Source: an uncultured Thermotogae bacterium
GTDB taxonomy: Bacteria > Bipolaricaulota > Bipolaricaulia > UBA7950 > UBA9294
Length of the DNA stretch: 64,000 nt
Assembly: GCA_964552295.1 (NCBI GenBank)
Contig: CAZKFV010000121.1
Coordinates: 2,227 to 66,226 of the forward strand
Direction of reading: 5' to 3'
Shown: piece by piece, positions 55,611 through 63,822 of the stretch
Layout: each line of letters opens with the position of its first letter
Position numbering within the stretch: position 1 is the stretch's first letter
Notes under the pieces: generated by a model
What the model saw: only the letters and a program-made list of their open reading frames with translations
What the model was told of the DNA's origin: nothing
Databases searched by the model: none
Program-made: the position numbers and the translations under genes

Positions 55611-57775
55611 CTAGAAATCACCAGCCTTCCCACAGCGGAGTTTCCCTTGTCGGTTCCAAGTACATATAGGTAAAGGCCGTTTGCCAGTGCTCGTCCGACT
55701 TCATCTATCAGATCCCAGCTGTATGTTGTATCATATACCGACAACTCTGCATCAAGCACCTTTGTTCCTGCGACTGTGATGACCTGCAAACATGCTTGAG
55801 TTGTATCATCAGGCAAAGAGTAAAGAAAAACTGCCTGATTGCTTACCGGGTTCTCTGCTAGCTCAACAACCGGCAGGTCGTCGACAGAAGGGATTATTTG
55901 GCCTGCCACTATTTCAACCGCATCACTAGCGTTCACCTTGCCGTATCCCCAGCTGTTGTTGGCCATACTCCCTGTAAACGCATCTCGGGTAGCAGTAGTG
56001 GTAAGAGCAAGTCTAATCTCATCTGATGTCAATTCCGGATTCTCAGAGAGCATCAGGGCAATCACTCCAGCCACGTGAGGAGCCGCCATGCTTGTCCCCA
56101 GGTTCATAACGTGCGTACCGTCCGGATTTAAAAGATACAGAGCATAACCTGCATCAGACGATTGCGCAGAACAAATCCAAGCGCCAGGAGCTACTATATC
56201 AGGCTTCTGCCTGCCATCCCGCGTTGGACCAAGGCTAGAGAAGTACGATAATCTGCCGATCTGAGTGCTGGATGAGAAATCTTGCTCGCCAGCCACAGAC
56301 ATCCACTTAGCCTTGGTATTGAACGATCCCACAGTGATTACAGTATTTGCATTTCCTGGCTCATCAATCGTGAGAAGCGAATCGCCACCGATGATTGATC
56401 CATTGTTCGAGGTTACCCAGCCATCAAACCTGCCTCCACCACTATCATCCCTTACAGTGATTGCCCAAGGCTCTCGGCTAGTTATCTCGCTTAAAGCTAC
56501 TCTGGCTTCGTTATCTTGGTTATTGGGGTTAGGTCCAGTGAATGCATTATCCACTACAATAATCCCATCGCGACTTGCATCACGTCCTATTGTTCCAGTA
56601 GCGACTGCCAAGGAATCGCCCATCGGTGGAGTAATCACTATCTTGAAATTTGATGTTCCGGGATACCAAATCGATATCTCTACAGAGTCCGACTCGGGGT
56701 CAACCAAGAAAGTAAATTCATTTCCTGCAAGCGATCGTGCCACATGCAAAGGTAGATCCCCTTCGTTACCGGCAGATACCACTATCGCCCTTCCTGGGCG
56801 ATCGATAAGCTCATCTAATCCCTGCTCAAAAAGACTTGTCCCATCGTGCGGCCCGTCCTGACCACCAAGGCTTAAGTTCACTACCGCAGGCAACCCTATC
56901 TCCTCAGCCTTATCAAATATGTACCGTACACCCGAAAGGATATCAGAGGTATAAAACGCGGTCTTTACTACAACTATCTTTGCTTGTGGGGCAACGCCTA
57001 TCATCGCCGCGCTCGACGATGATCCATCTCCAGCAGCTGCCGCAATTACGTGCGTACCGTGACCGCTACTGTCTGACTGACGAACGATCCCACTTTCTCC
57101 CCCAAAGCCATTCGCAATATCGCTTTCTACATCAGAACGATCGTAATAGTCACTAAACAGGCCGCTTGTCTGGTCCCAGATCCAAAGAATGCGCGATGAC
57201 TCCTCCAGGCCATCTCCATCGGAATCATAGCGAAAATCAAGGTGCATATAGTCTATACCAGTATCTACAGCACCAATGATCACACCTTCCCCCATATCTG
57301 ATATTGGGGGAGCATGCACAACATCGGCTTTTATGATTGGAACGCTTACATCCAGTTTAGGCTGCGTCTTCCAAGCTGGCTCCACATACACCACATCTGG
57401 CGAAGCAATAAGCGTTAAAAGGGAAGCAAGCGAAACCTTCATACCTAGAATTGTCCCCGTCGATACCGCAACAGGAAACCCTAGGAAACTTGACCCAAAA
57501 AACGGATAGCGCACTTTGACCAAAACACCAAGCTCCTCACCCTTTTCGCCGTCAGATTCGATTGGAAAAACTATCGGGCCGTTGGGCCCAAATACTTGCA
57601 TCGACGAGGAGTAACGTGATAAATCTTTCTCCTCACTGCTTTCAGCCAGTACCATCCGCAATACTGGGGAGAGCTTAGCCTCCTGTCCACAGAATGACAG
57701 AAGGCTGAACAAGAAGATCACAAGCACAGCAATAACAAGTTTTCGCACGTCACATCTCCCTACCTTCAAGCACAT
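55607..57775 (-). CDS. Secreted subtilisin-like serine protease (S8) with a C-terminal T9SS-type (Por_Secre_tail-like) sorting domain
   Basis: Has an N-terminal signal peptide and the S8 catalytic triad regions (GAVDTGID..., HGTHVIAAAAG, GTSMAAPHVAGV). The last ~75 aa (YSLPDDTTQACLQVITVAGTKVLDAELSVYDTTYSWDLIDEVGRALANGLYLYVLGTDKGNSAVGRLVISR) follow the T9SS CTD beta-sandwich pattern. Confidence 0.8.
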   Translation of the reverse strand: MCLKVGRCDVRKLVIAVLVIFLFSLLSFCGQEAKLSPVLRMVLAESSEEKDLSRYSSSMQVFGPNGPIVFPIESDGEKGEELGVLVKVRYPFFGSSFLGFPVAVSTGTILGMKVSLASLLTLIASPDVVYVEPAWKTQPKLDVSVPIIKADVVHAPPISDMGEGVIIGAVDTGIDYMHLDFRYDSDGDGLEESSRILWIWDQTSGLFSDYYDRSDVESDIANGFGGESGIVRQSDSSGHGTHVIAAAAGDGSSSSAAMIGVAPQAKIVVVKTAFYTSDILSGVRYIFDKAEEIGLPAVVNLSLGGQDGPHDGTSLFEQGLDELIDRPGRAIVVSAGNEGDLPLHVARSLAGNEFTFLVDPESDSVEISIWYPGTSNFKIVITPPMGDSLAVATGTIGRDASRDGIIVVDNAFTGPNPNNQDNEARVALSEITSREPWAITVRDDSGGGRFDGWVTSNNGSIIGGDSLLTIDEPGNANTVITVGSFNTKAKWMSVAGEQDFSSSTQIGRLSYFSSLGPTRDGRQKPDIVAPGAWICSAQSSDAGYALYLLNPDGTHVMNLGTSMAAPHVAGVIALMLSENPELTSDEIRLALTTTATRDAFTGSMANNSWGYGKVNASDAVEIVAGQIIPSVDDLPVVELAENPVSNQAVFLYSLPDDTTQACLQVITVAGTKVLDAELSVYDTTYSWDLIDEVGRALANGLYLYVLGTDKGNSAVGRLVISR

Positions 57776-57943
57776 TTAGAAGCTAATTCTACCTTCGTAC
57801 ATCCCATCGCACAAAGGACTGCCTTCAAAATGCACTCTACCAACGAAAAGAATACTTGATGGATCGAAGTATCCCCACCCATACACGTCATTCAACATCC
57901 CTGTAGCCGTAGATCCTCGATATGTATATCCTCGCACTGGGTA

Positions 57944-57972
57944 TTGATTTCACAGAACATAAGTGTTACAAT
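57944..57972 (+). promoter_or_regulatory. Sigma70-like promoter (TTGATT-N17-TACAAT) for the lamin-tail-domain protein gene
   Basis: The sequence GGGTATTGATTTCACAGAACATAAGTGTTACAATGAG lies about 60 nt upstream of the ATG at 58034. Confidence 0.35.
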
Positions 57973-58033
57973 GAGCATATCGTTCAGGAGGGAAGCCTCT
58001 AAGAACAACTCAAGAGTGTCAAAGGAGGAAGAG

Positions 58034-58927
58034 ATGGTTAGAAACCTGTTGTTAGGCGCTTTTATCATCATTTGTGTGGGTGTAGTTATCCACGCACAAG
58101 AATTAACAATCAGCGAAGTGGCTTGGGCCGGAACGGCCAGCAGCACCAGTGATGAGTGGATAGAGATCCATAATCCCAAAGATGTACCCGTAGATGTAAC
58201 CGGATGGCTTATCACTTTCGGGGACACGGCAATCGATCTCGGAAAGGCCGCAAACACAGTTATAGAAGCCGGAGCATATTTCCTACTTGAAAGGACGGAC
58301 GACGAAACAGTTTCCGATATCACAGCCGATTTGATCTATACCGGCAGCCTAAGAAATGATACATGCACCATAAGCCTCCTAGATCATAATGGTGCGGTTA
58401 TAGATACCGCTAACGCCACTCTCGAATCCGGTTGGGCTGCAGGATCTACAGGAAAATCAGATGTACCTTTCGCTACTATGGAGCGGATTGATCTAGCCGG
58501 TCCGGATACTGTTGACAATTGGGCTTCTAACAGCGGCCTAATAACATGCGGGCATGATGCATCCGGCGAAGCGATCAACGGTACACCAAGAGCTAAAAAC
58601 TCAGCAACAATTCTATGGGAGACTGTTCCTGTTGTGACCATAGACGCCTTTTGGCAAGACGAGCAGAACGTGAGCGACACCGTAGTCATCTCATGGCAAT
58701 CACACGACCCGGACGGCAAGGATGAAATGCTTCAGGTAGATATCTTAATCTCCGATGATGGTGGAGATACTTTTGCAGTACTAGTTAGCGATCTTGGCGG
58801 TGATTCCTACGTTTGGGATACAACAAAGCACAAAAACGGCGGTGAGTACATAATTAAGGTGGCTACGAAGGACGTTGATGGTAACGTTGGGGAGGAAGCG
58901 AGCCCTGAATTTTCTATAGCAAACTAG
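58034..58927 (+). CDS. Secreted lamin-tail-domain (LTD) protein with a C-terminal Ig/FN3-like domain
   Basis: Starts MVRNLLLGAFIIICVGVVIHAQE, a signal peptide, with an AAGGAGGAAGAG RBS. The LTD signature is ISEVAWAGTASSTSDEWIEIHNPKDVPVDVTGWLI...GAYFLL. The ORF track starts earlier, at 57944. Confidence 0.7.
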   Translation: MVRNLLLGAFIIICVGVVIHAQELTISEVAWAGTASSTSDEWIEIHNPKDVPVDVTGWLITFGDTAIDLGKAANTVIEAGAYFLLERTDDETVSDITADLIYTGSLRNDTCTISLLDHNGAVIDTANATLESGWAAGSTGKSDVPFATMERIDLAGPDTVDNWASNSGLITCGHDASGEAINGTPRAKNSATILWETVPVVTIDAFWQDEQNVSDTVVISWQSHDPDGKDEMLQVDILISDDGGDTFAVLVSDLGGDSYVWDTTKHKNGGEYIIKVATKDVDGNVGEEASPEFSIAN

Positions 58928-58936
58928 TGCAAAAAA

Positions 58937-59803
58937 CTACTGGGAGAGCCCGCACATCTTCTTGATCTGGTCCATGTGCGCGTAGGTCTCTCTCTTTCCA
59001 GCATCGATGGCCTCTTCCACGTGCTTGAAAGCCAGCATATTTATCCAGCCGACTTCCGGGCGCAGCACGATGAAGTGGCCATCGAGCCGTCTACTGGCGT
59101 TCTCCATCTGAAGGGCAGTCAGGGCATGTGATGTTATCCTCTGAGCTTGAAGAAGTGCGTCAAGCGTGGTCTTGACGTTTCGTGTAAGAGGAGCCCCCGT
59201 ATCAACAGCGATAACAGCCTCAGCCCCCATGTCGATTGTCACGCTTGCTGGAACCTTGTCAATGACTCCACCATCGATCAGGTAACGTTCCTCATAGGTG
59301 ACAGGATAGAACGTTCCCGGAATCGCCGCGCTGGCGGCGATCGCCTTGTACAGCTTACCCTCGGTAAGCACAATTCGCTCTCCTGTCTCTAGATCTGCCG
59401 CCACTACTGCAAATGGCATCCGCGTATCCGAGAAATCTCTGTTTGCTGTCAACAGCGAGAACAACTCGTAGATACGTGACAGATCCTGAGGAAAACCCTC
59501 ATTTGTGCGCCAGTCTGAACCGCGTACATACTCAATGAACCCTCGCCCAATTGCCTTCTGTAATTCACGCATTGCACTCTCCGAAACTTGAAGAAGCTCG
59601 TTCAGATCAAGGCAGGTAAGTAGAACGCGCAACCTGGAAAGATCCATTTCAAGCGCTCTGGCAGCTCCCATGACGGCGCCTATACTTGTCCCGCTTATGT
59701 AATCCAAGGGAATGTTATTCTCAGTCAGTGCCATAAGAACACCGAGGTGAGCAAAGCCACGCGCACCGCCGCCGCCAAGAGCTAATCCGATCTTTCTTCT
59801 CAT
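58937..59803 (-). CDS. Patatin-like phospholipase
   Basis: Has the oxyanion motif GGGGARG, the nucleophile elbow GTSIG (GxSxG) and the DGG(V) catalytic Asp motif (IDGGVIDKVP). Confidence 0.85.
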   Translation of the reverse strand: MRRKIGLALGGGGARGFAHLGVLMALTENNIPLDYISGTSIGAVMGAARALEMDLSRLRVLLTCLDLNELLQVSESAMRELQKAIGRGFIEYVRGSDWRTNEGFPQDLSRIYELFSLLTANRDFSDTRMPFAVVAADLETGERIVLTEGKLYKAIAASAAIPGTFYPVTYEERYLIDGGVIDKVPASVTIDMGAEAVIAVDTGAPLTRNVKTTLDALLQAQRITSHALTALQMENASRRLDGHFIVLRPEVGWINMLAFKHVEEAIDAGKRETYAHMDQIKKMCGLSQ

Positions 59804-59812
59804 CTCATCGGC

Positions 59813-59855
59813 AAGAAAAATCCCCCTTTGCCAGATAATAGACTAGCAAAGGGGG
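59813..59855 (-). terminator. Rho-independent terminator of groESL
   Basis: In the transcribed orientation it reads CCCCCUUUGC-(14 nt loop)-GCAAAGGGGG, a perfect 10-bp stem, followed by AUUUUUCUU. Confidence 0.6.
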
Positions 59856-59876
59856 AAAAGGCAACCACAATTCGGA

Positions 59877-61496
59877 TTAGTACATTCCGCCCGGCATCTG
59901 CGGAGGCATAGACGGTGTCTCTTCCTTCTCCTTGATGTCAGCAACGAGTGCGTCGGTGGTGAGGAGCATCCCCGCTATTGATACGGCGTTCTGCAGCGCA
60001 GAGCGAGTCACCTTCGTCGGATCAATAATGCCGGCCTTGAACATGTCGCGGTATGTCTCGGACAGTACGTCAAAACCAACCCCAGGCTTCTCTGCCTTAA
60101 CTCGCTCGACGATAATCGCACCCTCAAAACCGGCGTTGTCGGCCAGTTGGCGCAGGGGGGCCTCAACTGCACGGCTGAGTATCTTAACACCTACGGCTTC
60201 GTCGCCTTCGAGATTCAGGTCCTTCAGCTTGAGAGCAGCATTCAGTAGCGCGGCACCGCCACCGGGAAGAATCCCTTCGTCAACCGCGGCTTTCGTCGCT
60301 TCAAGAGCGTCTTCCATCCGGTGTTTCTTCTCGGCAAGCTCCGTCTCTGTTGCGGCTCCAACCTTGATCACAGCGACACCGCCTGCAAGCTTTGCCTTGC
60401 GCTCTTCCAGCTTCTCACGATCGTAGTCGGAATCAGTGTTCTCGATCTGGGCATCGATCTGCTCGATGCGTCCCTTGATCGCGTCAGCAGACCCACCTCC
60501 ACCAACGATGGTCGTGTTGCTGCCATCTACCTTGACACGCTCAGCGTGCCCAAGCATGTCCAAAGTGGTGTCCTTAATCATCATCCCTGCATCTTCGGCA
60601 ATTACTGTTCCACCTGTCAGTACAGCAAGGTCCTCCAGCATTGCCTTACGGCGGTCACCAAACCCAGGCGCCTTCACAGCACAGCTGGATAAAGTTCCCT
60701 TGAGTTTATTGAGAACTAACGTGGTCAAAGCTTCGCCAGTCACATCCTTGGCTATTATCAGCAACGGCTTACCACTTTGAGCAATCTTCTCTAGTAATGG
60801 AACAAGGTCGGCCGCGTTCTTGAGTTCCTGGTCAGTAATCAAGATATAGGGATCTTCCAGACCAACCTCCATCTTCTTGGGGTCTGTCACGAAGTAAGGC
60901 GAAATATACTCGCGATCGAACTGCATACCTTCAACTACGTCGTAATACGTTTCGATGGTTTCAGAATCCTCTACCGTGATCACGCCGTCCTCACCAACCG
61001 CCTCCATAGCGTCAGCGATAATCTTTCCTATGGACTCGTCGTTGGCGGAAATGGTCGCTACCTGAGCTGTCTCATCCTTTGTCTTAAGCGCCCGGCTCTG
61101 CTCCTTAAGCCCTTCCACGATCCTTGCCGCGCCCTTTTCCAGACCTCGCTTCAGCTCCATGGGGTTAGCTCCAGCAGCAAGATTCTTGAACCCCTCCTCA
61201 ATCATGGTATGGGCAAGTATGGTTGCGGTGGTCGTCCCATCCCCAGCAATGTCATTTGTCTTCGAGGCAACCTCTTTCACCAGCTGGGCGCCCATGTTCT
61301 CGTATGGGTCTTTGTATTCTTGTTCTTGCGCGATGGTCACGCCGTCGTTGGTAATGTCCGGGCTACCAAATTTCTTATCAATAATCACGTTACGCCCCCG
61401 GGGCCCAAGCGTGATACGCACGGCGTCAGCTAGCTTATCTATTCCCACCTTCATGCGGCGGCGTGCTTCCTCACCGAATATTACTTCCTTTGCCAT
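59877..61496 (-). CDS. groL: Chaperonin GroEL
   Basis: Begins [15 protein letters not shown] and contains [13 protein letters not shown] and [11 protein letters not shown]. The 539-aa product has the C-terminal GGM tail. Confidence 0.97.
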   Translation of the reverse strand: MAKEVIFGEEARRRMKVGIDKLADAVRITLGPRGRNVIIDKKFGSPDITNDGVTIAQEQEYKDPYENMGAQLVKEVASKTNDIAGDGTTTATILAHTMIEEGFKNLAAGANPMELKRGLEKGAARIVEGLKEQSRALKTKDETAQVATISANDESIGKIIADAMEAVGEDGVITVEDSETIETYYDVVEGMQFDREYISPYFVTDPKKMEVGLEDPYILITDQELKNAADLVPLLEKIAQSGKPLLIIAKDVTGEALTTLVLNKLKGTLSSCAVKAPGFGDRRKAMLEDLAVLTGGTVIAEDAGMMIKDTTLDMLGHAERVKVDGSNTTIVGGGGSADAIKGRIEQIDAQIENTDSDYDREKLEERKAKLAGGVAVIKVGAATETELAEKKHRMEDALEATKAAVDEGILPGGGAALLNAALKLKDLNLEGDEAVGVKILSRAVEAPLRQLADNAGFEGAIIVERVKAEKPGVGFDVLSETYRDMFKAGIIDPTKVTRSALQNAVSIAGMLLTTDALVADIKEKEETPSMPPQMPGGMY

Positions 61497-61513
61497 TTTT
61501 AGTCCCCCTTTAT

Positions 61514-61783
61514 CTACTTAATTACGGCAAGGATATCGCTCTCTTTGACAAGCAGGAGTTTGTCTTCGTCAATCTCAATCTCTGTACCTGCAAAGCTGGA
61601 AACGATAATCTCATCGCCCTTCTCTACGCTGAATTTCTCTTCAGTCCCTAGTTCTAGGACTTTGGCTCGTATAACTTTCTCGCTCTGTGCGCTTTCAGGA
61701 AGGACAATCCCTCCTGATGTTTTTCTCTCTTCTGGTTCGAGCTTCTTCGCCAGAATGCGCTTTCCCAATGGCTTGATCTTCAT
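61514..61783 (-). CDS. groS: Co-chaperonin GroES
   Basis: The 89-aa product begins [14 protein letters not shown]...GGIVLP. Confidence 0.95.
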   Translation of the reverse strand: MKIKPLGKRILAKKLEPEERKTSGGIVLPESAQSEKVIRAKVLELGTEEKFSVEKGDEIIVSSFAGTEIEIDEDKLLLVKESDILAVIK

Positions 61784-61810
61784 TCTTCTATCCCCCTCCT
61801 TACGGGTTGA

Positions 61811-61837
61811 TTAGCACTCTCAAGGCTAGCCTGCTAA
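61811..61837 (-). promoter_or_regulatory. CIRCE operator (HrcA binding site) upstream of groES
   Basis: The sequence TTAGCACTC-N9-GCCTGCTAA compares with the consensus TTAGCACTC-N9-GAGTGCTAA. The left arm is perfect and the right arm matches 7 of 9. Confidence 0.7.
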
Positions 61838-61841
61838 ACGT

Positions 61842-61870
61842 ATTGTAACCGCCGACCTTTTGTACGTCAA
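61842..61870 (-). promoter_or_regulatory. Sigma70-like groESL promoter (TTGACG-N17-TACAAT) immediately upstream of CIRCE
   Basis: On the minus strand it reads CTCTTGACGTACAAAAGGTCGGCGGTTACAATACG, and CIRCE starts 4 nt after the -10 box. Confidence 0.45.
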
Positions 61871-61920
61871 GAGCAAACCGAAAGTTGTTTTACGGTGTAT
61901 CGCAATGTTAAATTAACGTC

Positions 61921-62388
61921 ATGCCATCAGGTAAGGTTCATTTGAGAATAGAGATGGTTATCCTTGCGGGATGCCTCGCTTTGGGCTCGTATCTTGTGAA
62001 AGAAGAGCTGATTGAAGCCGTTCATCTCACCGTCTTTTTTGGGGCATACCTCTTTTCGAGCTTCTTTCTTACCCCTGATCTCGACCTGAAGCAAAGCCTT
62101 GCTTTTAGACGCTGGGGAATAGCTCGCGTTCTATGGGTGCCTTATGCCCGCCTCTTTCGCCACAGGGCATTATCTCATAGCATACTGCTTGGTCCGCTTA
62201 CACGCATCTTGTATCTAGGATTTATTTTGTTTGTGATAACAATAGCCGCAGCAAACATAGCTGGCTGGACTGTGCAGCTCTATTTACCCCAATGGGGGGT
62301 CCTCATTTCTATCCTCACCGGCATTTACATGCCAAATCACATCCACGTCCTCGCTGATGTTCTCTGGTCTATCGCCCATCATCGCTAA
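61921..62388 (+). CDS. Integral membrane protein (possible DUF457/YdjM-like metal-dependent hydrolase)
   Basis: A 155-aa protein with 4 predicted TM helices and conserved His residues (HIHVLAD...HHR). It is divergent from groES. Confidence 0.35.
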   Translation: MPSGKVHLRIEMVILAGCLALGSYLVKEELIEAVHLTVFFGAYLFSSFFLTPDLDLKQSLAFRRWGIARVLWVPYARLFRHRALSHSILLGPLTRILYLGFILFVITIAAANIAGWTVQLYLPQWGVLISILTGIYMPNHIHVLADVLWSIAHHR

Positions 62389-62419
62389 GGTGTTGTGATG
62401 GGCTTTTCGCGGCTCTATA

Positions 62420-62812
62420 ATGGTAGATATGAAGGAATGGACGCTTTACCTAGTTACGGTTGCGGCAATAGTCGGGGCAATTGTCCTGTGGCAAATTGCG
62501 GGGCCTTACTACGAGGTTGGCATAGCATCGTGGTATGGTCCGGGCTTCAACGGTAATCACACTGCAAATGGTGAGATTTACGATATGAACGGTATCAGCG
62601 CAGCGCATAAGACGCTTCCATTCGGAACAGTGGTGAGAGTGGTAGACATGGAGACAGGTAGAAGCGTGGTCGTGAGAATAAATGATCGTGGCCCATTCAT
62701 TGAGGGGAGGATTATTGACCTTTCAAAGGGAGCGGCTGAGAAGCTCGGGATAGTCGAAAGAGGGATCACCCATGTAGGGTTACGTATCATCAGCTGGTCA
62801 AAATACGAGTAA
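62420..62812 (+). CDS. RlpA-like double-psi beta-barrel (DPBB) domain protein (septal ring lytic transglycosylase family)
   Basis: Contains ASWYGPGFNGNHTANGEIYDMNGISAAHKTLPFGTVVRVVDMETGRSVVVRINDRGPF, the RlpA DPBB signature, with an N-terminal TM anchor. Confidence 0.7.
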   Translation: MVDMKEWTLYLVTVAAIVGAIVLWQIAGPYYEVGIASWYGPGFNGNHTANGEIYDMNGISAAHKTLPFGTVVRVVDMETGRSVVVRINDRGPFIEGRIIDLSKGAAEKLGIVERGITHVGLRIISWSKYE

Positions 62813-62849
62813 CCATCATGATGGCTATGATCTGGGGAGTGATTAAGTA

Positions 62850-63410
62850 ATGGGACTTGCAGTCAGCGAAATGAGAAAAGGGATGGTGATCCTCTACGAT
62901 GGGGAGCTGTACGAGATCGTCGAATACGAGCATTCCAAAAGAGGACGAGGTGGAGCAATAGCGCGCACGCGGCTGAGACACCTAAAAACAGGGCGCAACC
63001 TCTCTACCACGTTTAAAGGATCCGAGAACACTGAGTCAGTCTTTTTAGAATCTCGCCCCATACAGTATCTATATAGTAACGGGGAGAGTTATTTCTTCAT
63101 GGACAAAGAGCGCTACGATCAGTTCCCTGTGCCCGCCGATGTTCTCGGCGCGCAAGCGCAGTTCATAGTAGAAGGGATAGATGTTACAGGATATTACCAT
63201 ATGGATTCGCTAGTAAAGGTCGATCTCCCCAATTTTGTTGATTTGAAGGTGATTCATACTGAGCCCGGGGTGAGGGGCGACACGGTGTCTAACGTGGAGA
63301 AACCTGCGACCTTAGAGAGCCAAGCCGTGGTGCAAGTCCCTCTTTTCGTCAAAGAAGGCGATACTCTTAAAATAGACACGCGTGACGGTTCATACGTGGA
63401 ACGTATTTAG
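62850..63410 (+). CDS. efp: Elongation factor P
   Basis: The 186-aa product matches canonical EF-P. Its loop reads HSKRGRGGAIARTRL, with Arg at the position of the modified Lys34 of E. coli. Confidence 0.93.
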   Translation: MGLAVSEMRKGMVILYDGELYEIVEYEHSKRGRGGAIARTRLRHLKTGRNLSTTFKGSENTESVFLESRPIQYLYSNGESYFFMDKERYDQFPVPADVLGAQAQFIVEGIDVTGYYHMDSLVKVDLPNFVDLKVIHTEPGVRGDTVSNVEKPATLESQAVVQVPLFVKEGDTLKIDTRDGSYVERI

Positions 63411-63420
63411 CAAAGGAGGG

Positions 63421-63810
63421 ATGATGGCTGAACGAAAGGTAGAAATAGTTGATGAAGATGGTCGCATCACGATAACTGAAGATGTGATAGGAGCGATAGC
63501 GAAGATCGCCGCAGGCAAAGTCGACGGGATAGCCTTGTCCACCGCTGGGACAGGAGGGATCAAGAGCTTCTTCGGTGGAGAAGACCTTTCACCAACTATA
63601 AAGACTGACTTAACTGATGATGGAGTGCACGTAGAGCTGCGCATCACCGTAGAGTATGGTTACCCCGTTCATGAGGTTGCGCGGGGGATTCAATCCAACG
63701 TACAAACGGATATTGAAAAATTGGCTGGCGTTACGGTAACCGGAGTCGATGTCTTTGTGCGGAAGGTGGTAGCTCCGCACACGCCAACTGAGAGCGTTGA
63801 CGAGGAGTGA
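63421..63810 (+). CDS. Asp23/Gls24 family envelope stress response protein
   Basis: Starts MMAERKVEIVDEDGRITITEDVIGAIAKIAAGKVDGIA after an AAAGGAGGG RBS. The ORF track starts earlier, at 63382. Confidence 0.75.
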   Translation: MMAERKVEIVDEDGRITITEDVIGAIAKIAAGKVDGIALSTAGTGGIKSFFGGEDLSPTIKTDLTDDGVHVELRITVEYGYPVHEVARGIQSNVQTDIEKLAGVTVTGVDVFVRKVVAPHTPTESVDEE

Positions 63811-63822
63811 GGAGGGAGCGCA

